Assembly (NCBI GenBank): GCA_030704615.1
Contig: CM060732.1
Coordinates: 82,212,001-82,276,000, forward strand
Direction of reading: 5' to 3'
Source of the DNA: Takakia lepidozioides
Taxonomy: Eukaryota; Plantae; Bryophyta
DNA length: 64,000 nt
The notes beneath the pieces are model-generated. The model made no database searches, was not told the DNA's origin, and worked only from the letters and a program-made list of their open reading frames with translations. How positions within the stretch are numbered: the first letter of the stretch is position 1; each line of letters starts with the position of its first letter. A program made the position numbers and the translations under genes. Positions 25,818-40,200 of the stretch are shown here, piece by piece.

Positions 25818-28448
25818 TTTCTTTCTTTGTGTTAATATATCTAGCTCTACCAGCTTTGGTTGTTTCCTCTTGGGGACAGTTACACCCATTTGTACAATCA
25901 CCCCACTTGGGTCTTTTTAAAAAGCTATGCAGGGTTATATATAAGCAAAGGAGAGGAGGTAATGCCTGGGGAAGGCACAACAGGGACTTGGCCATTTTTG
26001 ACATAATCCAGTTAGATTACAGTTATCTAACAGTTAGATCTGCCATCCAGTGAGTGGTACTAGGACAACAATTGGAGCACAGTTCAACCCACATCACCGC
26101 AGGGCATAGCCGAGATGCTTGGACTTGTTCTCGGGAATCACCAGCAAACAACTTGTCTCTTGGCTCCTTTCATGGCTCCTTCCTCTCCACAATCTTGGTA
26201 TCTCTGCACCACATCACACTTTGCATGTTGCAGCTTGGCCCACCTCCTTCAATATCTCAACCTCACTCTCTTCCATCTGACTGGCTGCTATGGGACTTGG
26301 ATTCTTCCAGCTCGATTCACTATGTGAGCTGTGGTGCTAATGTTTGGCATCCGCCTGTTTATGGGCAGGAGACTTGTAGCCTCCCTTCGCTTTCTTTTAG
26401 GAAGCGGTGAATCCTGCATCACCATCTTCCATTTGGGTTCTCTCAAATCAACCCAATAGCATACCAGATCAGAATGTGTCATTGATCTGGTAAATGACGG
26501 CCCCATGACGGCCTTTGAGGTTGCAGCCTTTGTGTTTTGACCGCACCGATTGAGCGTGGATGCCATCTTGAGCCTTTCGTGAGGGTGCAGGCACAAGCTT
26601 TCCAGTCTATGAGATGGGAGGGGCCGGCAAAATCCTTTTGATTGGCAACTGATTCAAATTCATGCACTGGAGCGTTGCTCGGACCCGCCAATGCCATCGT
26701 CACTTGGACAAGAATCCTAATCGAATAGGTGGGTATTGCGTCAGGGCGATGACGTGTCTATGCAACTTGCTGCATGGAAAGAGGCAGAGGATCCAGTGAG
26801 TGGGGCACACCATTCACCCACTTGTGTTGTGGCAAGTGCAGCTCAATCACATATCCTTGGAGCAGCGACCTCATCCTTAACGTACAGTCCAAAGTAGCAA
26901 CCAGGGAAAGGTAACTGGTTCAGATAGCATCTGTGCTATTCTTGAGAGATTCACGTGTCACTGAAATGAAGCTTCGAAGCAAGTTCGTCCTCGCAATTTC
27001 CACTGCAGCTTCCAGACATGCTTCCAACCATGTTCTTCGCTCAGCGATGACGCCACTACCGCTTGAACTTTTGCGTGTTCTTCTCCTTTCACTCGCCTCA
27101 TTGTATGATTGCGTCCATTTCTGCCCAAATCCACTTGGGAAACGCATGAAATACTGAGCGTTTGATGGGCGTGGGGAACTTTTCTGTTTACATTCTAACT
27201 CACCTACCTGCATTTGGCTCCGCTTTGCTGTGGCTTCCACAGAGCCAGTTGAACGACAACGCCGAAGTACATGTAACAGGGGAGTACAATGGCTTGCAGA
27301 AGTCCATAATTCACACATAACTCCATATGCAGGTCTGCTTGGGTTTCCTTCCAAAGGATATGCTGATAGTGAAAATCAGGCCTGTGAACTGAAGAACTGG
27401 TTCTCTTGTGGGGTCTATCCCATGTGAAATGATGTTTAAGAGAAATTGAAGGAACCGAAGGCACAATGAATATGACAAGAAGGTTTTCCATTTAGCTCAA
27501 TGCGTTACATACACCTCCACTGGTATGTACTACGAACTGTGAAAACATGGTACCTATGTTGATGTTGAATGTCTCAGTCAGGGAAGTATGGATACAAACA
27601 ACACCCTTAAGTACATTAGTATAAACCTGTGTTACACTAATCACTTGGAGTCCATAGTCCAACTGAATGCGGGGAATCAGGTCTGTGGTACCGGTAATCC
27701 TTGTCGGCTGAGATTGATCTTGCAGAGTCATACAAGCACAGAAGACTGGGAAAACCTTTCTCTTCTCTTCTAATGGCTAGAATCATATGGTCACAGCTTC
27801 ACACTGCCGGAAGTTACAAATCTCCCATTAAAGCCAAGTACTGTTACAAGTATCTCCTTCCTTCTCCATTTCAGAGCTGCTGCAAAACCGATATGTTGCT
27901 TTGAGTGATTATCATAGAGCTGATAGAATCCAAGAAGATCAAGCCAAACTAGGATTCCAATTCCTACAATTTGATACTGAAGGCCTTGAACCTCTCATTT
28001 TGATCTATTGCACATGGTGAGAAAACCTAACTCACCACTCACACACCACATCACTAACCTGCATCTAATTTCTGCAAAACGGGTTTGTTATGGTCATCAG
28101 TTCAATTCTGCTGCCCAAGCCCCCTTAGAGCTGACAAGAACAGGTACATTTAGTTTTTTAAGAATTATTTACACAGGATACAGTCCGGTACTTTCTAATT
28201 CTCTCAAACAGACCAGGGAGGGCACACACGGCCAGAGCCATGCAATCTTATCCCAACAAAGCCTTATTTGTATCTGTCAAATCTTACTGTCACATTAATT
28301 GTTCAGAAGCTACTTGGGGAACATGGGGGAGGGGGGAGGAGCAAGCGAAAGAGACATCATAATCTTCTTTGCCAGCAAGGATGTGGACAGTTGACTTGCA
28401 CAGTTGACTTCCAGATTTCATGAAAGCAAGGAATATATTTGTAGGTGT

Positions 28449-31400
28449 TTACCACGATCTACAAACACCAGGCATCTCCTCCGGCTCCTTGAAAGAAGCA
28501 TACCGTGGCACATATCTTGATGTGTGCGCAAATCCCCAAAGCTGCATCCATGTAATAACCGGCTGCACTATCAAAGAGCAATTCACTACTGCTTTTGTAT
28601 TATGGAACATCATGATATGAATACCTTGAGAGAACCTAGTAATAGCTTATCTCTAGTTCCATGATAAGAAATGGGATGACGCATACGACTCTTGTATTTC
28701 TTAACTGAGTATTGTGCCTCTACGGCAATCGTTATGCTTTGTACCATATTGGAACAGGATTCCAAAAGTTTTTGCACAATATATCACTCTTGCCTAACTG
28801 TTTACAGAAAAGTCATACTCTCAAGCTGGCTTATCTGTCTCATCTCATCACTTGCTTTTTTAAGTGGATTTTTACCCCGTCTGCTTAATTCCATTTTTCT
28901 AACTTGGAAAACACAAAAACAAACTAGAAATTACACCTAAACTTTACTAATGAACCTTTAATGTCACAGGGGACCCCTGCTACTCTGCAAATGGAATTTG
29001 TGCAGAGTCGCCATTACTAGTGTGAAGGAATTGGCGCCAATCATAAGGGCCAGAAGGTAGCAGACCAGAGTGCTGCCACCAAATTGCCTTTGTGTGGGCT
29101 ATATACTTGTGTCAACAAATACAGGAACTGGTGGGGTCTGTACTCAAGCTGAAGACCAAGCATATCTTGCTCTGCATGTAAGCTCCAGGTTCTAAGACTA
29201 GATGCACTGATTACCTTTCCCACTTCATATGCAAAGAGGAGCATATAAGGCCATTGGTTTTAATCTTTAAAGTAGCTAACTTGTAATTCCCAATGTGTGT
29301 GTCAGGCTAATGTGAGGACACCGAAGTGGAAAGGAGGTGGGATACAGCACCTCAACATTTTTCAAGGTGAAGTCTTCAGTATGTGAAAGGCAGCAGCTGC
29401 CATAAGTCTCACATGCACCGCTTGTTCCATGCAAACTGCCCTCCATCACAATATCCCACCACAATCATTTAACCATCATGAGCAGTTTTTCAATCTTTGG
29501 CTAGAGCAATTGCATGATGTCTGTGTACAATTGTGGGCCAACAGCCCCAAACTTGCTCTTGACAAAGTTCACAGATGCTCGTCTCTTTCCTAAAGTACTT
29601 TCTTGCAGGACAAAGTGCAGAGAATATACCACTAGTCACATTCTTTAAAGGGTGGCTCTACCTGACGCCAGTAAAACACAAAGAAAATAACCTTAGACTG
29701 AGCTAGTCAAGGAGTGCTCCGCAGACTTAGCATGATAACTAATTTGTTGCCCGGATGATCAGACCATGCTCAGAAAGGGCATCTACCCATTCCAGCAAAA
29801 CAGTCGGCTCCCTGCTGAGGCCGATTGCTGAGCCCCAATACTAGGTCTCTGCCCTTACATCCATGCCAATCGAAAGCTCCAAAACTACCTTGAGCTCACA
29901 AAGGTTTCCTTAACTGAGGGTGCTGTTTATTTTCAGTACTTGTAGCAGTAGCACAAGGAATCTCCCTGAATCAAGGACTCCTTATTCACTTCATAAGAAC
30001 TCCGGTCTGTAGTGCAAGGGAGAATCTGTATGGTCTACGACCCTCTTAATGAAAATCTAGTAGGAGAGCTTGCCAGGAAGACCCATTGAGAACTTTATAG
30101 AATGTGGCTTTCATTGACACGACTTGGCAAGAATTTCTGCCAGTCTCTCCAACCCCACCAACAATCCCACCAGTGGGTTTTGCCTTGATGCCAGCATTTC
30201 ATAATACCAGCTTCATACACATGGTTACAAGTGAATAACATACATGCAAATAGTTCAAATTACTCACAGGTCAGAGTCAAGGTGGAGAGCAAAATGGCCA
30301 CCACCTCCAAATGCAAGGCCCTCCGTCGTGCACAGCACAAAGTATCTATTAAGGCCTGTAACACATAAAACCCTTCGACTTGATTACTGCCATTTGGGCA
30401 CTCTCCTTTGTGAAATATAAGGAAACAACATAACCCCCTAGAGCACACATAATACATAAGTGCAGCAACCAAACGCAGGCTCCAATTTCTGTGTGATGCT
30501 TGAACATAGTACCTGTGGGGCGAAATATCTTTGGGTGGCCAACAACATTGGTGAAAACAAACGACTCGCTTGTTCCCTGAAAGCAAGTTATAATCAGCAC
30601 TTAACCTTAAGCAAGGGGCTATCAAAGAAGCTTATTACTACTTCACTCTTCAGAGAAACAACCTCAGCAATAACGACTGGACACATACATCCTAGTATCA
30701 TACATTGCTAGATTCTTCTTCCTCAGGGGAGCTAACCAGTAGGTCTGTTTGGACTAACAGGCCAAAGAATAGCACCATTGCAACCTTATTGCCAGCACTG
30801 AGTATATCGCTACCCCACAATAAAGGCAGGACACATGTGTGGATGCCCTGCACTTCCCATGAAAGTTATATGTGTGGCTAGCTCACACACGCAACATAAC
30901 AATCAAGCACCTACTCACTGCTCACACAGGGGTCCCCGAACAGAGTCCGACAGTTCTTGCTGAAGACACCATCTACTATGGAGCTCATTCACATAGGCAT
31001 AAAATTAGAAACATGCAGGGATGCATGGCCTCACCTGGTATTTCTTCTTAGGGGTGGGTTTCAGGGGCGCTGTCATCAACCCACCAAACACAGCCCCCTG
31101 TCTGTCCCCTGCCACCTGGACATCGATCAAAGAGTTTGTCCCCAATCACTAAACTTCCAACGTTGATTCCAGGTCTTGGCACGATATAATGCTAATTGCA
31201 GACCGTTGAGCTCGAATAGATGAGGAGTTTACACAAACCTAAAATGGGTTAAAGGCATTGGGGGATATGCATCATTATTCTTTTCCCCAGTCAGAATATG
31301 TGATACATTCAAACACTAAGAAAGAAGGTGCTTGCTATGCATTATCAGAGACTGCATACCCCTAGAACCACTGGCTGTACAACCTTGACAACCACGACAT

Positions 31401-33375
31401 GAATGAAGAGATAGATAGAGAGGCTGATGACAGTCAGGCCCCACCAGAAAAAACCCAGAAAACCTGCTCTGAGATGATATCACACAGTACAAGGTCCCCC
31501 CAGAAAGAGAGTCTTTGTTGAAAAATGTGATTAAGTTGGAGTATGTACCAGTAAGCAGGGCCCTGGCAGTATATTGCTCTTCCTATAAAGGGTGAGCAGC
31601 GATATCCCATGTTTCTCTGTACTGCTCTTCACAAAACAGCCAAATCCACTAAGTCATTGCTACCAGTGAATGGTAACTAGGGATACAACCACAAAAAGGA
31701 ATATGTTGAAAATGGCTACTGCCATCAGGAGCATGAACTCCACACAGCAGTTAAATTGACATGGCAAGGTTGCCAGAAGTTGTCCCTAAGGGAAGTTGAC
31801 CCCGTATGTCCAACATACTTAACTGTTAGCCTCGCAGTTTGGGACTTAAAAGTCATCCTTTTCACAAGTGCACGGGTAGCATAAAAACTACATTGCACAT
31901 GGAGTGCACATTTCTGTGTTTACCTGTAGAGAAGCACCCATTGGCGACCCTTGGCCAGCGTTGGCAATGCAGAGCAGAGAAAACCGCGGAGGCTTTCAGA
32001 GAGAAGAGATGATTCCTCTGTCATGGCCGGAAGGTAAGGCAGCTGTGAGGGCAGCATTGCCTCAACTGGTGTGTTGTCCACCATTCGTGAACCGGCCAGG
32101 TCATGCTCACAAACCAGCTGCCAATCAGCCTCATCCACATCGTCGCCAAGGCCCCTACCTGTTTCTCTACCCCTGACACCAAGCTCCCCCCAGTTATTTG
32201 TCTCTCCCAGCAAAATTCCCTCCCCACGTGTTTCAGCTGGCTGCTGCAACCGGCCGTCTAACATGCTTGTTGATGTTGAGCCCACAATAGAATCTCCATC
32301 TTTAGCCTGTACATGGTCACCTGAGGATGTTGCAGGGTTATCCCCAGAGGGGCTCGTTTCAGTGCATGAGAGCAAGGAGAGAAGAAAAGCGGTAAGTGAG
32401 GATGTGTCAGGCCCTTGAAAGTCGGAGTCCTTATCTTTAGGGCCCTTGGGTGCGCCTGACCTATGCTTTTCACTGTCTGATTCTGGTGGGTCGTCCTGTT
32501 CATCATCACACAAAGCAAAAAGTGCCATTCGTTTTCAATAGAAGAAACACAATTACACCTATTCCTAGGGGCTTCATATTTACAGATGACATATGAGAGC
32601 CGGAGGCACTGAGGGAGTGGGCACTACACATAGAGAAAGAGCTCTACCAGTCCTCAGGATCTGTCAACATGGCATTGATTTGGAAGTGGGGCCTAATCTC
32701 AACCCTAAACAGCATGCTCTGTATGGAATTTGAAATATTGGCATGTAACGGCTAGTAGTTAATTTTGACTGCAAGCACGATAACCCAGAAACAGCAGACT
32801 TGGACCAGGATGCGAAGTCCTGACCTATAAATCTACAGCTCCAAGTATGCTTTTAATTTTAAGCAAAAAAAAGTGTCACAAAGCAGTTCCTTATTCCAAA
32901 CATGCTGATTGCTTCTAGGGTGGAAAGTCATCCAAGCCGAGGCTTGCACCCCCATCGCGTCCTAGTGACATAGAAGCATGCATTATGACTAACGAATTTG
33001 AAACCATGGACGCTTAGCCTTTGGCAGGGACTCATCGAGACCGTTCCCAAATACTGTAATTCTTCTTCTTCTTCTTCTTCTTCTTCTCTCTCTCTCTCTA
33101 TCTCCGGCAACATAGTATATGCTCTTCAACTTCACCCAAGGCAGGTGAATAGACATCCATCCACAAATACTAAACAAGACAAACCGTGCGTCCGTAAACC
33201 TGAAGGCATTGCAAGGAAAGGAAACAATCACAACCTGCAGATCAGATTTTCGAATTTCCCCAGGAAAGAGCTTCTTTACTCGCCGTGCCGGCGACTGGTC
33301 AGAGAGAAGGCGCCCGACCTTATCACCCACCTTGTCCACCCATCCCAGAGGGTTGGATAACAACCCCACCCTCAT
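28449..33375 (-). CDS. TLDc-domain oxidation-resistance (OXR-like) protein, 8 exons
   Basis: Exons 33375-33235, 32495-31924, 31621-31549, 31115-31035, 30576-30513, 30355-30268, 29435-29351 and 28541-28449. Motifs GPDTSSLTAFL, LPTLAKGRQWVLLYSTEKHGISLLTLYRKS, GDRQGAVFGGL, YQGTSESFVF, LAFGGGGHFALHLD, CETYGS and VELWGF match plant OXR2/OXR4-type TLDc proteins. Confidence 0.92.
33061..33098. repeat. Compound (TCT)n(CT)n microsatellite in TLDc intron 1
   Basis: Read directly from the sequence. Other SSRs: (GT)n at ~4257-4278 and (TCAATC)n at ~49331-49349. Confidence 0.9.
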
Positions 33376-34256
33376 CTCTCCCCTTCACACCCACACTCGA
33401 TCCTCTAAATTCAACGAAAGACGGCTGGGATGAAGAGTGTGCGTGAATCTATGCCCCAATTGCTACAATTCGGGAGGAAGTTCACTCCCCGCCAGCAACC
33501 CCGCTTCCAATTCCAATCTGACCAGCACTTTCTCTTCCCCTCATCAATCTTTCATGCCCGAGCAAGCCCTGGTAAACAATCCGCAGAGACCCGCAGAGAA
33601 TCGAGCAAGCCCTCCATGGATCCAACGCTAGTCTTCTGCATCGCTCTGGGTCTCATCACCATGCAGAGACGGTAGTTCCCCGAGCCACGTGGCGCCCTTA
33701 CATTCGATGATGTGGTACCACGTCATCGAAAAGTCATACGGCTGCTGACAGCGGTCCTGTCGGGTCCGCGCCGTCAACCGTGCGAAGCCGCGCGGTCCAC
33801 AGCGCGGGCGGCGCTGGGAGCTGCGCGGCATGGATCTCTACAGCTTCGGTAGCTTTGCGGTGACCGCAGAGATATCCGCGGTTGGTCGGCTGCGGGAAAG
33901 GTTAATGACTTACTAACCCACAGACTAAACTAAGAATCTGGACTAAGAAAGTCACTAATCAAGTCACTAAGCAAGTCACTAATGGAGGTGCGTCTTCCCG
34001 CGCATGTTTGCATTTCAAAGCCTGCTGATCTCTTCCCCCTCTTCGCTCTGTAGATATGTCTCTTCAATCCCTCATTTGCTCAATGCACAACAACCTCTTT
34101 CGCAAATTCTTCTTCTTTCCGGAATTGAAAGTTTAGAACAAGATTTTCTCCCTCTTTGCTGCATTCATTTTGTGTGGTTGTCGAGGAATGTGTGGGAGAA
34201 ATTCTGTGAATCAGCGGGCTTTACTGTGAGAGAGAAGAACGGAGTGGGGAGCAGCG
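33376..34256. promoter_or_regulatory. Shared divergent promoter region of the TLDc gene and BRCA1
   Basis: The start codons are ~880 bp apart, head-to-head. GC-rich core with a palindromic G-box GCCACGTGGC (33684-33693) and an E2F consensus TTTCCCGC on the minus strand (33892-33899). Confidence 0.6.
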
Positions 34257-37200
34257 ATGGCTGCGGTGGATGGTGTAGCAGTGGGGACCCAGCACGGCTG
34301 TGGACCCGGGTATGATGGTGGTAGCAGTGCAGGGCCGCAGCTGGAGATGATGGGTCGGGAGCTCAAGTGTGCAATTTGGTATTCCTGCGGCCCTTTGTTT
34401 TTTCAGCGTTCTTTTGATGACTCATGTTTGGTGTCACTTTCTCTCCCCCCCTTGGAACGTCCTTTCCTGCGCAGTGTCTTAGATGGGTCGTATGCTTGGT
34501 TTTTGACAATCTTGCTCTATGGTGGCTGGGATGCAGCTTGAGTCTCTTCAAGCAAGCAGCCGCTCTTTCCTGCAACCACACCTTCTGCTCGTAAGTACCT
34601 TACACTGATGTGGAAGTACAGCTGGCTGCGTGTAGAAGTTGGGTCTCATGCTCCTCCTTCGACTACTCTATCCTCAGCATGCTCTGCCATCGCTTTCGTA
34701 GATGGGGGTTATGCTGGTTTTGCAGCCAGATCTGCCATTGTTCCCCCGATTTCTTCTTTCATTGTCTCTTATCAAGCAAGATCTGTGGCCCTCATCCGAG
34801 CGCCACTGAGTAATTGGTTGTTACTACCTTTTGGCACTTAAAACTGTCGTTTGTTTGTTTTTTTGTTGTGACTACAGTGCTTGCGTACTGCAATCCCTAA
34901 AGAGGACGTCTTGTTGCCCGATTTGCAAGCTCCCCACCACACGTCGGGGTAAGTGGTTGTGTCAATTTTAGCGTAGCTCCCTGGGTTAATGCGGAAGCCA
35001 CGAGCTTCATAATGCAGAACTTTACTCCGTGTTGGAGTTGGCTTGCAGAGGTCCGGCCAGCACCCCACATGGACAACCTCGTGGACGCATACCGTCGGAT
35101 GGAGAGCGCATTTGGCTTCAGTCTGTTTGCATCTCAGCCAACTCAGTCTCAGTCTACTCAAGGTAGTCAATTATTTTCTTACTGTCTTCTGTAAGGTGTG
35201 ACGAGGTGCTCTCTGCACAAATAGTTTTGTGAATCGCTGATACAATCTCCAGCGCCTCCTATGGTTGGCATTGGTCTGTTGTTCTGCAGATATAAAACGC
35301 TCCCATGACAAATTACACAACTTGAAGCTGCTACAAGAACTTGTCTCTGATGATCCCCTCATTTGCTTTATCATTGAAAGAGATCTACGGTCCCTAAAAG
35401 CTGTGCTGCTCTCAGGTGGTCAAGTACAAGCCAAAACAAAGCGGGGTCCCTGTGGAGGCAAGCAGGCCAAATTGAAAGAAACTGTCCCAATTTCTGAGAA
35501 CAGCACTGACAGGAACTGCCTTATTTTCCCCCCAAAGAAACGGCAAAGGGGTAAGACTACCCAAGCACTTACCCACGTCTCCAACAAGCAAGGTAGCTCT
35601 CCCAATAAGCAGCAAGGAGAGGAGGGGTTGAAGGCCACAAAAGAGTTTGATATGGTCAGTCCTTTGCAGCAACCTTTGAAAGGTGTTGTCCCTGCCAAAA
35701 AGAGAGTACAAGTTCCTTGCTTTGCTAGTATGGATGCCACTCCCAGTACAAAGACAAAGAAAAGAGGCCGGCAAAGCAGCTCGAAGACTCCTGTGAGTCA
35801 GACATTCACGCCAGCTAACGTAGGACAGAGCAGCTGTGTTCCAAGCTCCAAAACCACTTCAACTCTGACACCTGGTACAGTGACAGATAATCTGGTGACC
35901 TTTGGTGGTTCTCTCAGTAATTCACAGCCAGCAGAAAGACTTTCTCGTGAGGCAGATGGGGACCTAGATAATTTAACTGCAAGAGATCCACCCATTCAAA
36001 GAGAGGTTGTGGGGGAAGCCCCCCAGCTGGAGGATGCCCCCTTTACTCATGAAGCTGCCAATGATGACATGGATGTAGATGAACACGGCATGCCAAAGTT
36101 TGCTCCTTTCTTTTGGATGAGAGATTTGGGAGATGAGGATATTGAGGGCACCCAAGTCAGAGCCTCAGCTCCAACGCAATCTCAGGCCTACTGTGCTGCA
36201 ATCCCAGCTTTCAGTGATCTAAAGGATGCTGATGATGAAGGTTTTGAGGATGTGCATGACAAGGTGATTTCACCTCCTTCAATTCCTCTTGATTCTTTGC
36301 CTTGTGTGGGCCTTCTATCAGTGCGCTTTGTCTTATGTTCATGATAAAGCTTCTGAAATGTGAATTGGCCAACAAAGACTTCGTTGGATTAGTACACTTA
36401 TTATGCCACTACCAATAGCATTCACGGGGTCTGCTTGTGCTGCACATACAAATGAATGTCTTAGCTGGTGGTGTTGTGGCCGCTTTATTAGATATGCCTC
36501 ACCCAGTGATTTGCCTGATAGGTTGGTACACTCTGGGGGTTTCATGCAGGATGGCATAGCAAATGAGGATGACACCTGTGAGAGTGATATATTTAATTGG
36601 ACGCAACGCCCATGCTCTCCCGAGCTCAACTGTAGCCCCTCCAAAGATCAGGTTAGATCTGCATTGCCAAGCCGTTGAATTGCACCTGTTATTTCCAAAT
36701 GAGCTAACAAAGACAAAGTAGCACCAGCACAGTATAGTGAAAGTGATATTCATGCTAGCTATGTCCAAACAGGTGTAGCCCTTTCCGTCTCCTAAGCTGT
36801 TCATTAAACACTGAGAGTTGCACTGCTCCCATACTTTTGACCATGTGGAAAGAAGGTTGCTAGGTATAGTGCGCTTCTTACTTCAATTTATTTGTATTAT
36901 CTGTTTGTGTTTAAAATAGGTACCGTGCCTTTGCCCCTTAATGGCCTCTGTCAAATTGACAAATTGCTCATGCCTTGCAGGCTGAGTTGAGGGAACAACA
37001 ACCAAGAGGTCGCCAAATAAGAAAAAACAAGAAAACTGTCAACGGCTTCAATGCAGCTGTTGTGAAAGCTGTCCAAACTTCTGAAAAACCAAAAGTTGGG
37101 AAACGAAAAAAGGGAGTACTTAGTGCTCATGATGCAACCAATCTGCCTGGAGTACAGATCATGGCAGAAGCTGTCAAAATTCCTCATAAGCGAATGTCTG

Positions 37201-40200
37201 GCAGACCAAAAGGGGTGATCCCAACAAGCCTAGGAAAAAGAAAGTCAGGAAGAGTTTTGTCACCTAAAATTTGTGGAGATGAAGGCGGGGAAATCCAGGA
37301 AATAAAGGGTTTGGCAGGATTACTGGAGGCAGGCAACAGTGGCTCAATCCCGACGAGTCTGAAGCTGCATGATCAGGGGAAGAGAAAAAAAACTTGCAGG
37401 AATCCCATTTCGAATGGAGAAATCTTTTTGTCCTGCAACAGTCCGACTTCAGGTGATGTTCACGAGGGTATGGCCAAAATGAAGGAGGGTCAAAGTGCAG
37501 CCAAAGTCTACTTGAAGAAATGTGGCAAGAACAAGGCATCCACAGCAAATGATGTTGAACCTCAGGGTGCTGGGGAAGAGGTTGCAAGTGAGACCGAGGC
37601 ACAAGTGACTGAAAGAAATGAGAAAGAGGGGTCGGCATTGGAAGACAAAGACCATCCCTGTGCTTTCTGTCAGTCACTTGGTGACTCAGAGGTAAGTTAG
37701 AAAGCATCTGTTTAAATCACCACATCATCAGCAAATGTGTATGCAACATTATATTATGTTGAACAAGTTTGCAAGTGAATGAAAAGATAGTTGGGTGGCA
37801 AAGAGGTAGATGTGCTGAAGTGGACTTTCTGAGAGTTTTTGAAACCATGCAGGAGGCTGGGCCAATGACAGTTTACAAGGATGGGCCATTGTCTGTGCAC
37901 GTGCACAAGCTTTGTGCTGAGTGGTAGGCTCCTTTTACTCATTCCTCCTGCATATACAGATTAAACACCATCTGGTATCAGTCTCTGGTTCTAAGGACCC
38001 CCAAGAACGTCCCGGATGATACTAGGAGCATGAAACAGTTTTCATCCTTTGCCTTGTGTTTTAAGTATGGACATTACTCACCTCAGAGGTCACTAAGCTT
38101 TTGAGTTAGCCAATCATGTAAAGTTGGGCAGGTACAAGTATTTAGTACTGAATACCATAGCGTTCTTCAGGGCAAGCTGGCACTCAGTCTCCTCCTTGTT
38201 TAACGTTCTGTCAGAGTCCATTGAGGCACATATTTTTCAAAAGTAGGAATTTGGTCTCTCATGCAATACTCGTGTTTGTGTCCCAGGGCACCAAATGTCT
38301 TCTTTGAAGGTGACAATATCCGTAATTTGGGAGCTGAAGTTACCCGGGGCCGGAAAATCAGGTGCAACAGCTGTGGGAAGAAGGGTGCAGCCCTGGGCTG
38401 CTGCCTGGAACAATGCCGTAATAGCTTCCACTACCCGTGTGCTCGTGCCCTCTCTTGCCGATGGCACCTTGTAAGAACCCCAACTACTTTGGTTAGTAGC
38501 TATGTGACGGGGAAAGGAGGGGTGGTTTGGATAAAGTAAGTGACAGGTTTGCAGAACAGATATAGAGGGTCAATAAGAAGTTCCCATACCCATAATGTTA
38601 GCAGCTTCCCTACATGAGGCACTCATCTTCAAGTAACAGTTAGGCTTTGCTAATTCGGTTCTTGTAGTTCTACCGGGCCTCCTGTGGAAATGAATAAATC
38701 TCACTATTTTTTCTTGTCTAACTCTGTCACACACAGCTGGTGGGGTCATTCAGTGCCTGACATACTGTCTGTTGGTTTTAGGACAACTTTGTGATTCTTT
38801 GTCCCAAACATACCAAAAGCAAGTTTCCAAAAGAAAGCAGGAAGGGAACAGGCACTCCTGTTCCATTTCATTCGGCTGGAAAGGGTCTGAGGCGGGTGAC
38901 CGAGCCTGGTTCAAAGGCTGGATATTTAGGTGGAGCCCCTCTTTCTAGGTAAGCTTGCTGCTTCCACAACTGGGCACTTTGTCTAGGCTCCTTAAGTGGT
39001 CTCTATGTTTGATAGGATGTTGCATAAATTCGAATGTTGCTGTTGTCGATATACTTTAGGCGGCAATTGGGGCTGTGGTTTTTACATGGATAATTGGATG
39101 AATGTCAGTGGGAGTAGAGGGAGTGAAGGAGAGGCAAAGACACAATGCACTATAAAACACCCGAAGCCAGAAGGAGTGGTGTGAAGAGGTCCTAGGGGTA
39201 GATGCAAGGGAGTACATGCTTTTGTAACAAGGCCAATTTGTCATAGCAGGTTAGCGAACAATAAAGGTAGAGGAACGCCGAAGGTGTCAAATACTGGTGC
39301 AAATTCAGTAATTCCACAAGTGCAGAAGTGGCCACAGGGTCCAGCAAGCAAGTGGGTTCTGTGCGGCTCAGCATTGGACTCCACAGATAAGGTAACATGT
39401 GTGACTTGGTTGATTCTTCATTCCCATGCAATCAGTGAATCGACACCTATCCCAAGTACTATTGTGGAGAGTTGTGCCTGACACATTACTGACTCATTAT
39501 GCAAGCTCATTCATTCTGATTGAAGAGACCCCAAAAGAACCCAGGCCGAGCATTAAATTAACATTGGTAGACATTCTCTAACAAGGTTAAAAATGGTTGC
39601 AGGAGCAACTGGCTGACTTTGCGGCTCTCACAGGTGCAACTCTGTTGAAGTCATGGAATTCAAATGTAACCCATGTGATAGCAGGAACTGATAAACGAGG
39701 TGCTGCTCGTCGGACTTTGAAATACATGCTGGCAATACTGGAAGGCAAATGGATAATGCGAGTTGATTGTAAGCCCATCCTCTTTGCAGTTTCCTGTCTT
39801 TATTAGTTTACAATTGGATTTCCTTGCACTTACTAAAAGTGTACATGGTTTCTTGACTGATGGAGAATCTGCAGGTTTCTGGAAAAAGGGGCTTGAAAAA
39901 GTTTAGGGTAGGGGGCCAGTTATTTGTGCCTGAAAAACCTGTAGGAATCTAGATTCTATGAAGCTAAGAGTGGAACAAAGCAAACAGGAAGAAAAAACTT
40001 AAAAGGGCAGATGGCCATCTATTCATCCTTGTAGCCAAAGTTCCTATAGAAAGATAGAAATTTATCGGCACCAGGGGAGGTCAAAGTACCCAAGGGATGA
40101 GCTGGCAGTCAGACTCCTGCAGAGAGACTGTCCTCCTATGTTTTCAGAGAAATAGTTTATATCACATAGATCTGCATCTTGCATATCTCTGCAGGTGCAT

